A stretch of DNA of 64,000 bases from Nitrospirota bacterium (lineage in GTDB: Bacteria; Nitrospirota; UBA9217). This document shows positions 19,429 to 30,059 of the stretch, piece by piece (within the stretch, counting starts at the first letter, position 1; every line of letters starts with the position of its first letter). Under the pieces are notes generated by a model. It ran no database searches. It was not told the DNA's origin and worked only from the letters and a program-made list of their open reading frames with translations. The stretch spans positions 512,001-576,000 of the forward strand of contig CAVTRN010000002.1 in assembly GCA_963737155.1 (NCBI GenBank). Reading direction: 5' to 3'. The translations under genes and the position numbers were made by a program.

Positions 19429-21312
19429 GATGGATTCGTAAGAAGTAAATTATCGTATTGCGGCTTATCACGCCGCAAGCCGGATATCCAGCCGTTGGAA
19501 ATAACCCCAACGCCTGATTGTATCTGAAACAAGCTGTAAACGTTCTTTGACAGCACAAGATAGAATCGAAAGGGCGGCTCTAGGCACTGGTTCCCCTTCG
19601 ATTTCTCGCTTGCGGAACGCCGCCGCCCGGATAATGTTGATTCCCGCCGCCTTCAGGTACGCGGCGAAGCTCACTGCGGACAATCCTCGGACGCGGAGGT
19701 TCTTGACCCCGGTCAATCGGTCAAGCTGAGACATGGTTCCTTCGACCCCTGCCCGGAAGCGGTACCTATCCCGGAACTCGGGAGTGTCTTCCTGAGCCCG
19801 CCGCTGTGCCAGCCGGATTGCTTTATCGTCGTACCGAAGATAGCGACCTTTTTTACCGGGCATTGTCGGACACGTTTTCTTCCGGGAACAACTGCGGCAC
19901 GTTTTCTTTGAGAAGAGCGCAGTGTGGTTGTTGTCTTTGCTCCGGGTTTTCTCCGGAGCGCATCCCTCGGGGCAGAAAGTGATTTCGTTTTCGCTGTTCA
20001 TGGTGAATGCCGTGAGCGGCACGCTGTTTTCGTCAAGTTTGCCCATAACCGGAGAAACGACCTCGATTCCCAAGGTCTTTGCCTTCTCGCAGTTTTCATC
20101 GCTACCGTAGAGTGAGTCGGCAGCAATTTCTTCAGGCTTCAGCCCAAGCTCCGTGGTGGATTCGATGAGCGGGACCAGGGCATGGGCATCGCTCTTGTGG
20201 GCAGGTTCTACGATCACGCTGGTGATCAAGTTCAGGGTGTTGGTATCCTCGGAAGTACTGTAGCTTTCGGCAACCTGCACCTGGTAGCCCTTGCCTTTAT
20301 GACCGTCATACCCGGCGTCGGGGTCGGAAGGGTTTTGCAGGGAATCGGAAGGAACGTCCTTGTTGGCTTTGACCGAGACCTGGGTTGTATGCGTATCAAC
20401 GCGCTCCACGATGCATTGCTCTTTAAGCAGCCGGGCAAGGAGCTGATAGGTATTCATGGTGGTAACGGGCTCATTTCCCGCGAACTGCTCCACCAGACTG
20501 AACACGTCGTTGGCCAGCGTTGCGAGCGTATTTATCGATTCCGAGGGTTTCACCATGGAGAAAACGGCCTCACCCTGTTTGGTCATGTACCGGTCGGTGA
20601 TAGTTGTCTCTAATGATTCGTAGAGGTCTTTATGGTGGCGCTTGAGGTTCACCAGGAACTTCTTGATGGTCTTTACGAACAAGCCGAGCCGGCCCAGGTG
20701 TCGCATATTGGAGAAGATATGGACCGAGTCGAAACGCTGCTTGGCGACATCGACTTTGAACACCTCGGCAAGCTTCGTCGCGACTTCTTCAAAAATAGCC
20801 TGGTAGAGGTTCCGTTCGATCAGAAGATCGCGCATGTTCCAGAGGGTCTTGGGGCTGACATAAGCGGCGGCATCGTCCGTCCTGGTGATATTCAGGGCGT
20901 ATTGCCATTGGAGATTGTAGGCAAACTGGTCCACGGCTTCCTCGTCGGTCAGGTTGTGCATCTGTTGGATGACCATGAGACCGATCATGGCATAGAGTTC
21001 CTTGGTCGGTGCTCCGAAAACCGGATCGTATTTGGAAAAGATCTTCTCTACCGGCAACGTGGGAAGAATGTGCTCTCGAAAAACCTTTGCCCAGGACTCC
21101 TCGATGCGCTGTTTGCGTTTGGGTCCCAGAAAAGGAAAGGGGTCGAACATGTCGGGGGTTTTGTGATCCTTGATGTGGATCATTCTGGCTCCTTGATTGC
21201 GAATTGTGATGCTATTGTGTATCACAAAACCCCTTGTGCTGCAATGGTTATATGATGTTTCACATGACTTATTTTAGCTGAATCACGACTATCGACTTAT
21301 TACGAGACCATC
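19429..21312 (-). mobile_element. IS1182-like insertion sequence
   Basis: 18-bp imperfect TIR GATGGATTCGTAAGAAGT / ACTTATTACGAGACCATC; direct repeat AACATT at 19423-19428 and 21313-21318. Confidence 0.85.
19468..21183 (-). CDS. DDE transposase (IS1182-like)
   Basis: FDSVHI, SLQNPSDPDAGY, ADSLYG, Cys-rich insert, YRFRAGVEGT. Confidence 0.92.
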   Translation of the reverse strand: MIHIKDHKTPDMFDPFPFLGPKRKQRIEESWAKVFREHILPTLPVEKIFSKYDPVFGAPTKELYAMIGLMVIQQMHNLTDEEAVDQFAYNLQWQYALNITRTDDAAAYVSPKTLWNMRDLLIERNLYQAIFEEVATKLAEVFKVDVAKQRFDSVHIFSNMRHLGRLGLFVKTIKKFLVNLKRHHKDLYESLETTITDRYMTKQGEAVFSMVKPSESINTLATLANDVFSLVEQFAGNEPVTTMNTYQLLARLLKEQCIVERVDTHTTQVSVKANKDVPSDSLQNPSDPDAGYDGHKGKGYQVQVAESYSTSEDTNTLNLITSVIVEPAHKSDAHALVPLIESTTELGLKPEEIAADSLYGSDENCEKAKTLGIEVVSPVMGKLDENSVPLTAFTMNSENEITFCPEGCAPEKTRSKDNNHTALFSKKTCRSCSRKKTCPTMPGKKGRYLRYDDKAIRLAQRRAQEDTPEFRDRYRFRAGVEGTMSQLDRLTGVKNLRVRGLSAVSFAAYLKAAGINIIRAAAFRKREIEGEPVPRAALSILSCAVKERLQLVSDTIRRWGYFQRLDIRLAA

Positions 21313-21462
21313 AACATTAATACTTTATATATTTCAAAGAATAGCGACCACGACAGCTCCGGGAAGAGGTCGCGAGAGCAGGTGCTGAATCGGAAATCTT
21401 CTGAGGATGGCAGATGCCGCGATCACCTGCCATACTTTCGGCTATTTCATTATTTGTGAAAT

Positions 21463-22227
21463 TTAAGAACTTGATCTTTTCTCTTTGTTGTGTCTCCATA
21501 CTTCTATGGCAGAGCCTCGACGAACGAGCTCGCGCCACATGTCTGACGATTTCTTTTTGAAGACGGTGTCTGCATCGGCGTTGACGATGTACCAGTCTCC
21601 ATGCGATACCTCCCTGTTGAGCTGCTCCGGCAACCATCCCGCATATCCGCTATATACCCGGAACTGCTTTTGCGACTTGTGAGTGCCTATCATGCGCTCA
21701 AGAACCTTCCTGCTAATGCTGACGTACACGTTTAAGAACACGTTGTCTGACTCTTCCTGCTTTTCATCGGACCGGATGAGCATGAAAATTCGCTGGTTTT
21801 CGACGGGTCCACCGTAATAAAGGACGTCGGACCGCGTCTTTAAGCCCTGTACGGGCGGGAGTATCTTGGCGAGGTGCACCTTCGTGGGCTGGTTGATGAT
21901 GAGACCGGTTACGCTCGCGGCGTCATAACTGATGATCAGGACGACAGTCTCCTGGAACTGGGGATCGACGATGTTGCGGCTGGCAACGAGGAATTTCCCC
22001 TTGGCCGGGAGTGCATCGCCGTAGGGACGGGAATCAGGCAACTCAGGCGCATCAAGTGCTCTAACCGGGGACGAACCAGCATGCGCCCTCGCCGGAGTCA
22101 TCCCTGCCGGGAAGAGCGGCACGCCGACGGCAAACACCGTGGCGATGACGGCGGCAACCAGGAGTGGAGCATTTCGCACTGATCTGAAGATCCCGGACGG
22201 GATAGCCATATTCTTATGCACCCTCAC
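21463..22227 (-). CDS. YqgE/AlgH (DUF179) family protein with N-terminal signal-like extension
   Basis: FLVAS..DPQFQETVV, GLIINQP, YGGPV, SGYAGW..QL..E..GDW. Confidence 0.88.
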   Translation of the reverse strand: MRVHKNMAIPSGIFRSVRNAPLLVAAVIATVFAVGVPLFPAGMTPARAHAGSSPVRALDAPELPDSRPYGDALPAKGKFLVASRNIVDPQFQETVVLIISYDAASVTGLIINQPTKVHLAKILPPVQGLKTRSDVLYYGGPVENQRIFMLIRSDEKQEESDNVFLNVYVSISRKVLERMIGTHKSQKQFRVYSGYAGWLPEQLNREVSHGDWYIVNADADTVFKKKSSDMWRELVRRGSAIEVWRHNKEKRSSS

Positions 22228-22922
22228 TCGGTCTGATTCTTTCAGCTACGATACAGGGTAACAAAAGAATGCGGAGGTGTCAATGCTTGCGATGGCGAGA
22301 TGGGCTTCCCGGGATACGTAATGAAAGCATCCTGCAGTCCGCGGTATTTATCTTTTTGATATTCCGGGATACGTCCTGTCTTATTTGCATAAGGTTTGTT
22401 CGTTCGAGTCCAGCATGGGGAGCCAAGCATATCGGATACTGTCGCCTTTTTCTCCCGGGAGCTCTTTGTGTAAAGAGCGCATCGACCTTGCTGTGATATG
22501 AGTATCTGGCCTGCAGTTTCCTTTCCAAGTAAATTATTTCCAATAAATCCAGATTGTGATATTCTTCTGATGAAGTTTCAAACCCCCGTATTGCGGAAAG
22601 GGGGAACTGTATTGTTTCACTCTGTGGTGTACTATTGCTCCTGCGATTAGGCGGCGCCCCGTCCGGAATATAAAAGTTCAATTAAGGATATTCAAACTGA
22701 CGATTGGCGTTGCGGATCGAGCAGTGAATTCACTATACGGATGATGGTTTGTGGGCCATGGGTTTAGGACGAGTGTGTTTATTCCCGGTACATAAATACG
22801 CAGGAAGAGTTCGATAAAACTTTCCACTTTTTTGTGTCTCATATTGAAAAGAGGGAAACAATGCCTGTTTTTACGTTCACTCTCGAACACTGCGCCTACG
22901 GCCAGAATCAGAAGGTGGCTTC

Positions 22923-23702
22923 ATGATTCACGGGAAAAAGCTGATTGTTGTAATGCCGGCTTATAACGCTGAAAAAACGCTCCGTCAGACCTTTGCGGAA
23001 CTGCCTCATGAATACGTTGACGAGGTAATCCTGGTCGATGATGCGTCACTTGACCAAACAGCTTTTGCAGCGCGAGAATTGGGGATTACTACCATCATAC
23101 ATACGGAAAATAAAGGGTACGGGGCAAATCAGAAAACATGTTACAGCGAGGCGCTTCGGCTGGGTGCGGACGTCGTAGTGATGGTCCACCCCGACTACCA
23201 GTATCCACCGCGTCTGGTAACCGCGATGGCGTCCATGATCACGTCCGGACACTACGATGCGGTCCTCGGTTCACGCATTCTCGGAGGGACGGCCCTGCGG
23301 GGCGGCATGCCGTTCTATAAGTATGTTGCCAACCGGGTTCTCACGTTTGTTGAAAATCTGGTACTCGGCGTAAAACTGTCGGAATACCATTCGGGCTTTC
23401 GGGCATTCAGCCGCACCGTGCTCGAAACACTGCCCCTTGATGAAAACTCGGATGATTTCGTATTCGACAATGAGATGCTCGTCCAGGCAGTCTATTTTGG
23501 CTTCAGGCTCGGGGAACTGAGCTGTCCGACGAGATACTTCAAAGAGGCATCATCCATAAATTTCAGAAGAAGTGTCATATATGGCTTCGGCGTCCTGGCT
23601 ACGGTAATGAAATACCTCATGAGCAGACTCGGGATAAAGAAGTTTGCGATATTGAATGGCGACGGGAGAAAACTTTATGGTGCTGAAAAGACAGCACGTT
23701 AA
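22923..23702 (+). CDS. GT2 glycosyltransferase (polyprenol-phosphate mannose synthase-like)
   Basis: VMPAYN, VDDAS, GYGANQK, HPDYQY, GSR, SGFRAF. Confidence 0.93.
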   Translation: MIHGKKLIVVMPAYNAEKTLRQTFAELPHEYVDEVILVDDASLDQTAFAARELGITTIIHTENKGYGANQKTCYSEALRLGADVVVMVHPDYQYPPRLVTAMASMITSGHYDAVLGSRILGGTALRGGMPFYKYVANRVLTFVENLVLGVKLSEYHSGFRAFSRTVLETLPLDENSDDFVFDNEMLVQAVYFGFRLGELSCPTRYFKEASSINFRRSVIYGFGVLATVMKYLMSRLGIKKFAILNGDGRKLYGAEKTAR

Positions 23703-25278
23703 ATACTATCTCGCGGGTTTTGTGTCAATTATTACGTTTATAGTTTATCTCAGAACCCTTCAAAATGAATTCGTAGGCTGGGACGACAACCGGTATGTGT
23801 TTGAGAATCCTCATATCAGGTCGTTTGATGTTGCGTTATTGAAATGGGCATTTTTTGATTTCTATGCGGGCAACTGGCATCCGCTAGCGTGGCTATCCCA
23901 TTCCCTGGATTACGCCATCTGGGGACTGAACCCTGTGGGGCACCACTTGACGAACAATATTCTTCACGCTGTGAACACTTTTTGTGTCGTAATTCTGGTC
24001 ATTCGGCTTGTTGAGGCAGGGAAGGAAACAGCCATCATAAAGAGGCCATCGGCATTTATGGATGATCGGGTGATCCTTATCACGGGAGTGGTAACGGGCT
24101 TATTGTTCGGACTGCATCCCCTGCACGTGGAATCGGTAGCTTGGGCTGCGGAAAGGAAGGATCTTCTCTGCGCCTTATTCTTTCTTCTCAGTATCATTAT
24201 TTATATGAAATATTTGGATGGTCAGAAGAGAGCAGTCAGAAGTCAGGATGCAGAGATTGAGGGGCGGCACGGAAAGTTCTTCATGAACAGGGATTACTTA
24301 CTCTCCCTTGGCCTTTTCATTCTTGCCTTGTTAAGCAAGTCGATGGCGGTCTCCCTTCCAGTCGTTCTGCTCATATTGGATTGGTACCCGTACAACAAAA
24401 TCCAGTCTGTAAAATTCTTGCGGCCTTCACTAGTAGAGAAAATCCCATTTGCCATGCTGAGCCTTATTTCGTCAATACTGACTTATCTGGCCCAGAAATC
24501 AGGTGGGGCGATGTCCATGATGGACTTCGTACCCTTGCATGCACGTCTTCTCGTGGCGGCCACCTCACTCATAGCATACCTGGGGAAAACGGTTTTGCCG
24601 ATACATTTAATACCTTTTTATGCATATCCCCGGGATGTGTCGTTTTTCTCGGTGGAGTATTTCTCAGTCATTATTCTTGTTGTCATGATTACGGTTGCCT
24701 GCATCATTCTGGCAAAAAAACAGAAATTATTTATATCGGTCTGGGCATATTATGTGGTAACCCTGGTCCCTGTCCTTGGCATCGTTCAGGTGGGCGGGCA
24801 GGCGATGGCGGACAGGTATATGTACCTCCCGAGTTTTGGACCATTCCTTCTCATGGGACTGCTCGCGGCCCGGGGTATGAGCTCACTGAATACATTTGTT
24901 AAGCTTGCCTGTGCCGCAGCGACTATTCTTGCATTTGTCACCGTCTCCTACTTGACCTTCGAACAAATAGGCGTATGGAGAAACAACATGGTTCTGTGGA
25001 GTTACGTCATAGAAAAAAGCCCTGTGAAAGTTCCTGTAGCTTACAAAAATAGAGGCACAGGTCTTGATAGAAGCGGCCGGTTGTATGAGGCCATGAAGGA
25101 CTATGACACGGCAATTGCTCTTGATGATAAAGATGCGCTACTGTTCAAGAATCGGGGTTTGCTGAACCTCAGGCTCGGCCGAGTTGAACATGCAATCTCC
25201 GATTTCGAGAGGGCCTGTGCATTAGGAGATTCTTTCGGATGTAATGCGCCAAAATACCTTTTGAAAAACGGTCATTGA
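23656..25278 (+). CDS. TMTC-like GT-C membrane glycosyltransferase with C-terminal TPRs
   Basis: [30 protein letters not shown] at C-terminus; overlaps the GT2 gene (start may be 23677). Confidence 0.88.
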   Translation: MATGENFMVLKRQHVKYYLAGFVSIITFIVYLRTLQNEFVGWDDNRYVFENPHIRSFDVALLKWAFFDFYAGNWHPLAWLSHSLDYAIWGLNPVGHHLTNNILHAVNTFCVVILVIRLVEAGKETAIIKRPSAFMDDRVILITGVVTGLLFGLHPLHVESVAWAAERKDLLCALFFLLSIIIYMKYLDGQKRAVRSQDAEIEGRHGKFFMNRDYLLSLGLFILALLSKSMAVSLPVVLLILDWYPYNKIQSVKFLRPSLVEKIPFAMLSLISSILTYLAQKSGGAMSMMDFVPLHARLLVAATSLIAYLGKTVLPIHLIPFYAYPRDVSFFSVEYFSVIILVVMITVACIILAKKQKLFISVWAYYVVTLVPVLGIVQVGGQAMADRYMYLPSFGPFLLMGLLAARGMSSLNTFVKLACAAATILAFVTVSYLTFEQIGVWRNNMVLWSYVIEKSPVKVPVAYKNRGTGLDRSGRLYEAMKDYDTAIALDDKDALLFKNRGLLNLRLGRVEHAISDFERACALGDSFGCNAPKYLLKNGH

Positions 25279-25571
25279 CGGGCTGTCTGAATCGGGCCGG
25301 GACTCATGGCAATCGGAGAGAATCGGGATCTGGCATAGAAATACAATCTTAGTAGCAGGAAAAACCATTTCTGCTGCTGGTGTTCGTTTTATGTCGTTGT
25401 CATTTTGATTCATTATCCTTTCCTCCGACTGCCGATCATGGCTGGTGATATACTTCAATTAATAGTTCGATTCGGGAAAAGTTATGACGCGCATGCGTTG
25501 GTAAAACGCAGGATTGCCGAAAGGTGTTACGGCCGTTCTTTGACGGTGAACAAAAGAAAGGGGTGAAAGTC

Positions 25572-26021
25572 ATGAAAGAAGAATCTAGAAATAGAAAAAG
25601 TTCCATCCTGATGCCGGCTTTGGTGGGTAGCGCGGTAGGGGCAGGTATAGCGCTGCTGGTGGCGCCAAAATCGGGGAAGGCACTCAGAAAAGATCTGAAG
25701 CGGTTCGCAGAGGATACGCGGGACCAGGTTGCCGATGTCATTGATGAAGGCAAGAATCTCTACGAAGGAGGCAGGGATGTTGTTGCCAAAACCGTAAAAG
25801 TCGGCAGAGAAATGTACGATGAAGGAACGGAGAAGATCGGGAAGCTCGGGAAGCTCATGCAAAAAAAGGAGCGCTCGCTCGTGGTGCCTTTGCTGACGAG
25901 CGGAATCATCGGGTCGGGCATTGTGCTCCTGCTGACACCAAAATCAGGAAAGGAAGTCAGGGGAAACCTTAAGCGGATGGCCGCGACCACGAGGGACACG
26001 TTTGTTTCCGCTATTCACTAG
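25572..26021 (+). CDS. YtxH-domain protein with two YtxH repeats (second truncated by a frameshift)
   Basis: GAGIALLVAPKSGK and GSGIVLLLTPKSGK motifs. Confidence 0.8.
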   Translation: MKEESRNRKSSILMPALVGSAVGAGIALLVAPKSGKALRKDLKRFAEDTRDQVADVIDEGKNLYEGGRDVVAKTVKVGREMYDEGTEKIGKLGKLMQKKERSLVVPLLTSGIIGSGIVLLLTPKSGKEVRGNLKRMAATTRDTFVSAIH

Positions 26022-26209
26022 CGGCAAGGCGCTTTACATGAGGATGAGCAAAGACATACCCGAAGCCCTTGAAGCAGGCATTAAAGCTTACGCTCATGAT
26101 AAAGGGGATTATGGCATGTGGCAGTGCTGCACGCTTGCGACTAGCGTTTTCCTGCATAAGGTGTGCGCTTAATGAGTAACAGTGTTATGTTCCTGCTGCT
26201 TATTTGTTA

Positions 26210-26244
26210 AAAAGGCATTGGTATGAATACTGATGCCTTTTTTA
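26210..26244. terminator. putative bidirectional intrinsic terminator
   Basis: AAAAGGCATTGGTAT-GA-ATACTGATGCCTTTTTT hairpin flanked by A and T tracts. Confidence 0.6.
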
Positions 26245-26370
26245 TCATCTATTCAAGGACACCCATCAAGCTACGTATTGGTTGCGGGATGAATTGGGAA
26301 GTCAATTGAAAAGCAGTTGACATTTCCAGCAGAAGATGCTATGTTTGGTTGAATAGAATTAACTTATTAA

Positions 26371-26746
26371 CATCATAGTGTTTTTAGTCTGAACTATCAC
26401 TTGGTTCTAGTGGTTGCATATCGCAGAGGTGCTTACGGAACCCGTACTTCGCCGGTGTTTGGAAATAGCAGGAGATATCGCCACGGATTTCAAGGCAAAA
26501 ATCGTGGAAGCAAACGGTGAGCCTGACCATATACATATCCTTTTGTCCGCTCCGCCGGAATTCAATTTGTGCCGTCTTATCAATTCCCTGAAAACCGTTA
26601 CATCCCGTTTGCTCAAAAAAGAATTTCCCGGCATCAAAGAAAAATTGTGGAAGGAAAAGTTTTGGGCAGCAAGCTACTTTGTTGTTACCGCTGGCGGAGC
26701 GCCGCTTGAAGTCATACAGAAATACCTTGAAGGGCAAGGAAATTAA
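26371..26746 (+). pseudogene. tnpA: IS200/IS605 Y1 transposase TnpA, frameshifted
   Basis: HSVFSLNYHLVLVVAYRR in one frame; VLTEPV..EPDHIHIL..FWAASYF..IQKYLEGQ in another; in-frame stop upstream at 26368. Confidence 0.85.
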
Positions 26747-28596
26747 TGGCCTACGGCAAAGGGGATAAAAATGTGTTCAGGCGCTCCATCCCCAGCGGGA
26801 AAACCACGCTGGACCCTGGCATGCTGACGGCCGGCAAGATGGCCGATCTCCTGATTATTCGCAGAAAGTTTCTTGCCGCTGCGAATTCGTTTGTGGATGC
26901 GGCGTTCCTTCCCGAACCTCTCGCAAGCACAAGAAACGGCGAGGACATCCATGCTGTTCTGACCGCTCTCCAGAAAAACATGGAGATTGGTTTCAACAAA
27001 GCATATGTGGAAAAAGCGCGTCTCGCCGTCCCTCCCGCCATCGCCCAGGTGGAACAAAAATACTTCAAGCGTTTTTACGGCAGGCTTCTAAACTGTGCCG
27101 CAAAAACAGAGGAAAAGGACCCCGCAAAAAGGCAGTACCTGAGCATTCCTGAAACGATCCAGGACAAGGTTGCGGCAAGTATCCTTGAATCTCTTGAACG
27201 TAAAATAAAAAATTACGGATACGGGAAGACCATCGACTTGGTCAGGCAGGTTGTTATACGGAAAATCAGCAAGGGGCTCACCGGAAAGGAAGCAATGATC
27301 GTCCGCGCCATTCACAGGGAGTGCCTCGCGAAATACGGCAAGCCCGTCTTCGGCAGTGACGACCGTTTTGCCTGCCAGATCAACCTGGATTACCGGGTCA
27401 TCCGGAACGACTCGGACCCTGTGGCCCGGATGGACAATATCGCCAGGCTTCTGGTAGACAGAACGAACCGCAAATATTATCATTTTCTCGAAATATCCAA
27501 CCCGGCTCCGCACGGGAAACCTGTTCGGATACCGGTGGTCATGTCCTCACGGACGCTCAAACGATTTGACAAGCTTTCGTCGGTATCCTCGCTTTCCCTG
27601 GTCATTAACCCTGATTCGGTCCTGGTCCGGGCAATCATTTCCAAGCCGGCCGGGAAAGCCGATATCGGCACTATTACGCATATCATCGGCCGGGACTTTG
27701 GCATGGTCAATACCGCCAGCCTTTCCGTGATAAGGATAGATGATCAGATCGATGAGAAGAAACTTAAGCAAATCAGCGAGTTTACCCGGGGAGAGGCTCT
27801 CGAGTATCTGAAAAATTACAGCCATCCCAATGACAACGTCGTGGAACGCATCCGCTTCAACGGCCGCGGTTTTCTCCGGAACATCAATGATTCCTGCAAA
27901 CGTATCGAAAAGCTGAAGTCGCAGATAGACACCGGCTACAATAATCTGAACAAGCTTAAAAACATCATTTGTGGATACCTGGGGCTGGACGAACGGGAAC
28001 AATTTGCCGAGGGACAGGATCTTGGTGACCCCTATATACGGCATATCCATAAAAAGTTCTTCCGGCTGCTTCATCACCTCGTCGAGATGAAGAAAAAACG
28101 CTTGTCCCTCTATAAGAAAATCGCGGGGATTAAGAAATCGTGGTTCGGGTACCTGTCCAACCAGGAAACAATTCTTGCAAGGAAATACCATGCGGCAATC
28201 GTACGGGAAGATCTTTCTATCCTTGCCAGGGAGAAAAACGATCCAGGCTACAAGGGCCGAACCTTCAACAAGATGATCAATAACGGTTCAAAAGGACAGT
28301 ATATACGAAGAGCATCGGATAAACTGCAATGGGATGGTATCCCGGAGATAGTTATCCCAAGCTACCACACATCCTCTTGCTGTACCGTCCATTCCCTGGT
28401 CGATGCCAGTATGCGCAATGGGGAAACATTTTTCTGTCCGCGCTGCGGCGCCAAGGAACACGCAGACTCGCACGCTGCGGATACAATTGGTAATTACATT
28501 TTGCTTCGTCCGAATATCGCGAAGCAAGTGACACTGCTTCTTCCAAGAGACAGACAATCCTCTGGGAATCTTCTTGTTGGAAGCCCCAATCAATAG
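26746..28596 (+). CDS. tnpB: large TnpB-like RuvC nuclease (616 aa)
   Basis: RuvC-I IIGRD317FG, RuvC-II IVRE488DL, zinc site CTVH..CPRC, RuvC-III HAD574SHAA; overlaps the tnpA stop. Confidence 0.85.
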   Translation: MAYGKGDKNVFRRSIPSGKTTLDPGMLTAGKMADLLIIRRKFLAAANSFVDAAFLPEPLASTRNGEDIHAVLTALQKNMEIGFNKAYVEKARLAVPPAIAQVEQKYFKRFYGRLLNCAAKTEEKDPAKRQYLSIPETIQDKVAASILESLERKIKNYGYGKTIDLVRQVVIRKISKGLTGKEAMIVRAIHRECLAKYGKPVFGSDDRFACQINLDYRVIRNDSDPVARMDNIARLLVDRTNRKYYHFLEISNPAPHGKPVRIPVVMSSRTLKRFDKLSSVSSLSLVINPDSVLVRAIISKPAGKADIGTITHIIGRDFGMVNTASLSVIRIDDQIDEKKLKQISEFTRGEALEYLKNYSHPNDNVVERIRFNGRGFLRNINDSCKRIEKLKSQIDTGYNNLNKLKNIICGYLGLDEREQFAEGQDLGDPYIRHIHKKFFRLLHHLVEMKKKRLSLYKKIAGIKKSWFGYLSNQETILARKYHAAIVREDLSILAREKNDPGYKGRTFNKMINNGSKGQYIRRASDKLQWDGIPEIVIPSYHTSSCCTVHSLVDASMRNGETFFCPRCGAKEHADSHAADTIGNYILLRPNIAKQVTLLLPRDRQSSGNLLVGSPNQ

Positions 28597-28875
28597 CCTT
28601 ATCTTTGGTTGCGGGAGCATTCACTGGACTGCAAGGTTTGACGTTATGACGGGCGTCATTGCGACACTGCTTCCGGCATCGGTCTTTTTGAGGAGGTGTT
28701 CATCCGGGACAGATTGCGGGCGGCTGCTTCGGGGCTGCTCAATTTCTGCCTGGCGCCGGAGACCGTTGCGTTACGCTTATGTCACAATCAGTGCGTTCAC
28801 ACCCTGAGGCGCCTCTACTCGAAAGGGCACGGTCGGCGTCATCTCGACTTGATGCCGTGGGAGACTCTATCCGTG

Positions 28876-29502
28876 ATGAAGATAAATAAACCTCATATAC
28901 ACTTCTCCATGATTCGGGAGTTCCATCTTGCCGACTGGTTCACGCTGGCAAACGCTGCCTGCGGCACGGGGGCATTGTTTTCTACGCTCACGTACATACA
29001 AACGGACCGCGTCATCCATGTCTACTTTGCGTTCTGGATGGTCTTTGCCGCTTTAGTCTTCGATTTCCTGGATGGACGGATCGCCAGGTGGCGACAGAAG
29101 GCCTCTGGAATGGGTCGTGAGCTCGACTCTCTCGCTGATGTAATTTCCTTCGGTGTAGCCCCGGCCGTGATCGGGTATGGTTGCGGCATGCAGGGTTTGT
29201 ACGACCGCATTATCTTGACCTATTTTGTTGCATGCGGAGTATCTCGCCTGGCGCGCTACAACATGACGGCCGAGGGGCTGACCAAGGACGGCGGCAAAGT
29301 GAAGTACTTCGAGGGAACTCCTATCCCAACATCGCTGCTTTTGGTACTGTTGATGTCTGTGGCCGCCTCACAGGGCGCAGTGCGCGAGTCCCTCTGGTTC
29401 GGACAGGTCGTTCTTGCCGGTTTCACGCTTCATCCCATGGTCCTGTTTTTCGCGGTTTCCGGCTCACTCATGGTCAGCCGTATACGGTTCCCGAAGCTCT
29501 GA
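28876..29502 (+). CDS. pssA: CDP-diacylglycerol--serine O-phosphatidyltransferase
   Basis: DFLDGRIAR..GRELDSLADVISFGVAP, RLARYN, FEGTPIP. Confidence 0.9.
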   Translation: MKINKPHIHFSMIREFHLADWFTLANAACGTGALFSTLTYIQTDRVIHVYFAFWMVFAALVFDFLDGRIARWRQKASGMGRELDSLADVISFGVAPAVIGYGCGMQGLYDRIILTYFVACGVSRLARYNMTAEGLTKDGGKVKYFEGTPIPTSLLLVLLMSVAASQGAVRESLWFGQVVLAGFTLHPMVLFFAVSGSLMVSRIRFPKL

Positions 29503-29759
29503 GCTGTCCCCCTGCCCGCCACTCCCCCAATCGCTGCATGGCCATACGTGACCATATTGACGAACACGTGGGGTCCATCACCCGAAAGGGGGCCACCAAC
29601 CCCGCTCCGCTTCCTACCAATGCAAGGACTCATAGCATAAACTATTGCGTTTTTCCATACAGGACACAAACAGGGCAGGAAGGGGACAGTATTCGCAGTT
29701 TTCAAGGGATTCATTCTTTAGCCAGACGACAAACTCCACAAAATGCGGATTATCAAATC

Positions 29760-30059
29760 GCTAGATGCCCTGAAGCTCGGTATTCGAGGTTCGCTGCCGA
29801 CTCGATGCAGAAAGCAACCTCTGTCAGGCTGTATTGAACTTTGATCCGGCCGATGTAAGCGAGCAACTTCTGAAAGCCTTCAAGCATGTGGTCAAGCACC
29901 AGGGTCGTAATTGGTGTCTTGCACGCGCTGTTTCCAAGAATGCGCTGTGGTTGTCTTCTACTGCACCAATGCCGAAAATCAAGTGCGTCCCCGGACCACG
30001 GATCTTTTTTTCGTCAGTTGAAGAAACTGCTTAAGTCTGATATCATCAATACAGTTCAT
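29760..30059 (-). pseudogene. IS110-family transposase N-terminal remnant
   Basis: AGGAGG RBS, then MNCIDDIRLKQF../LIFGIG..HSAFLETA../EGFQKLL..VAFCIESAAN across frameshifts; resembles the IS110 DEDD domain. Confidence 0.6.

Larger units (their letters stand above)
26254..28624 (+). mobile_element. IS200/IS605-family element (decayed tnpA plus large tnpB-like gene)
   Basis: Both ends share TTGGTTGCGGGA; the right end finishes in ..CATTCAC at 28624; left boundary approximate; no TIR or TSD, as expected for this family. Confidence 0.8.
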
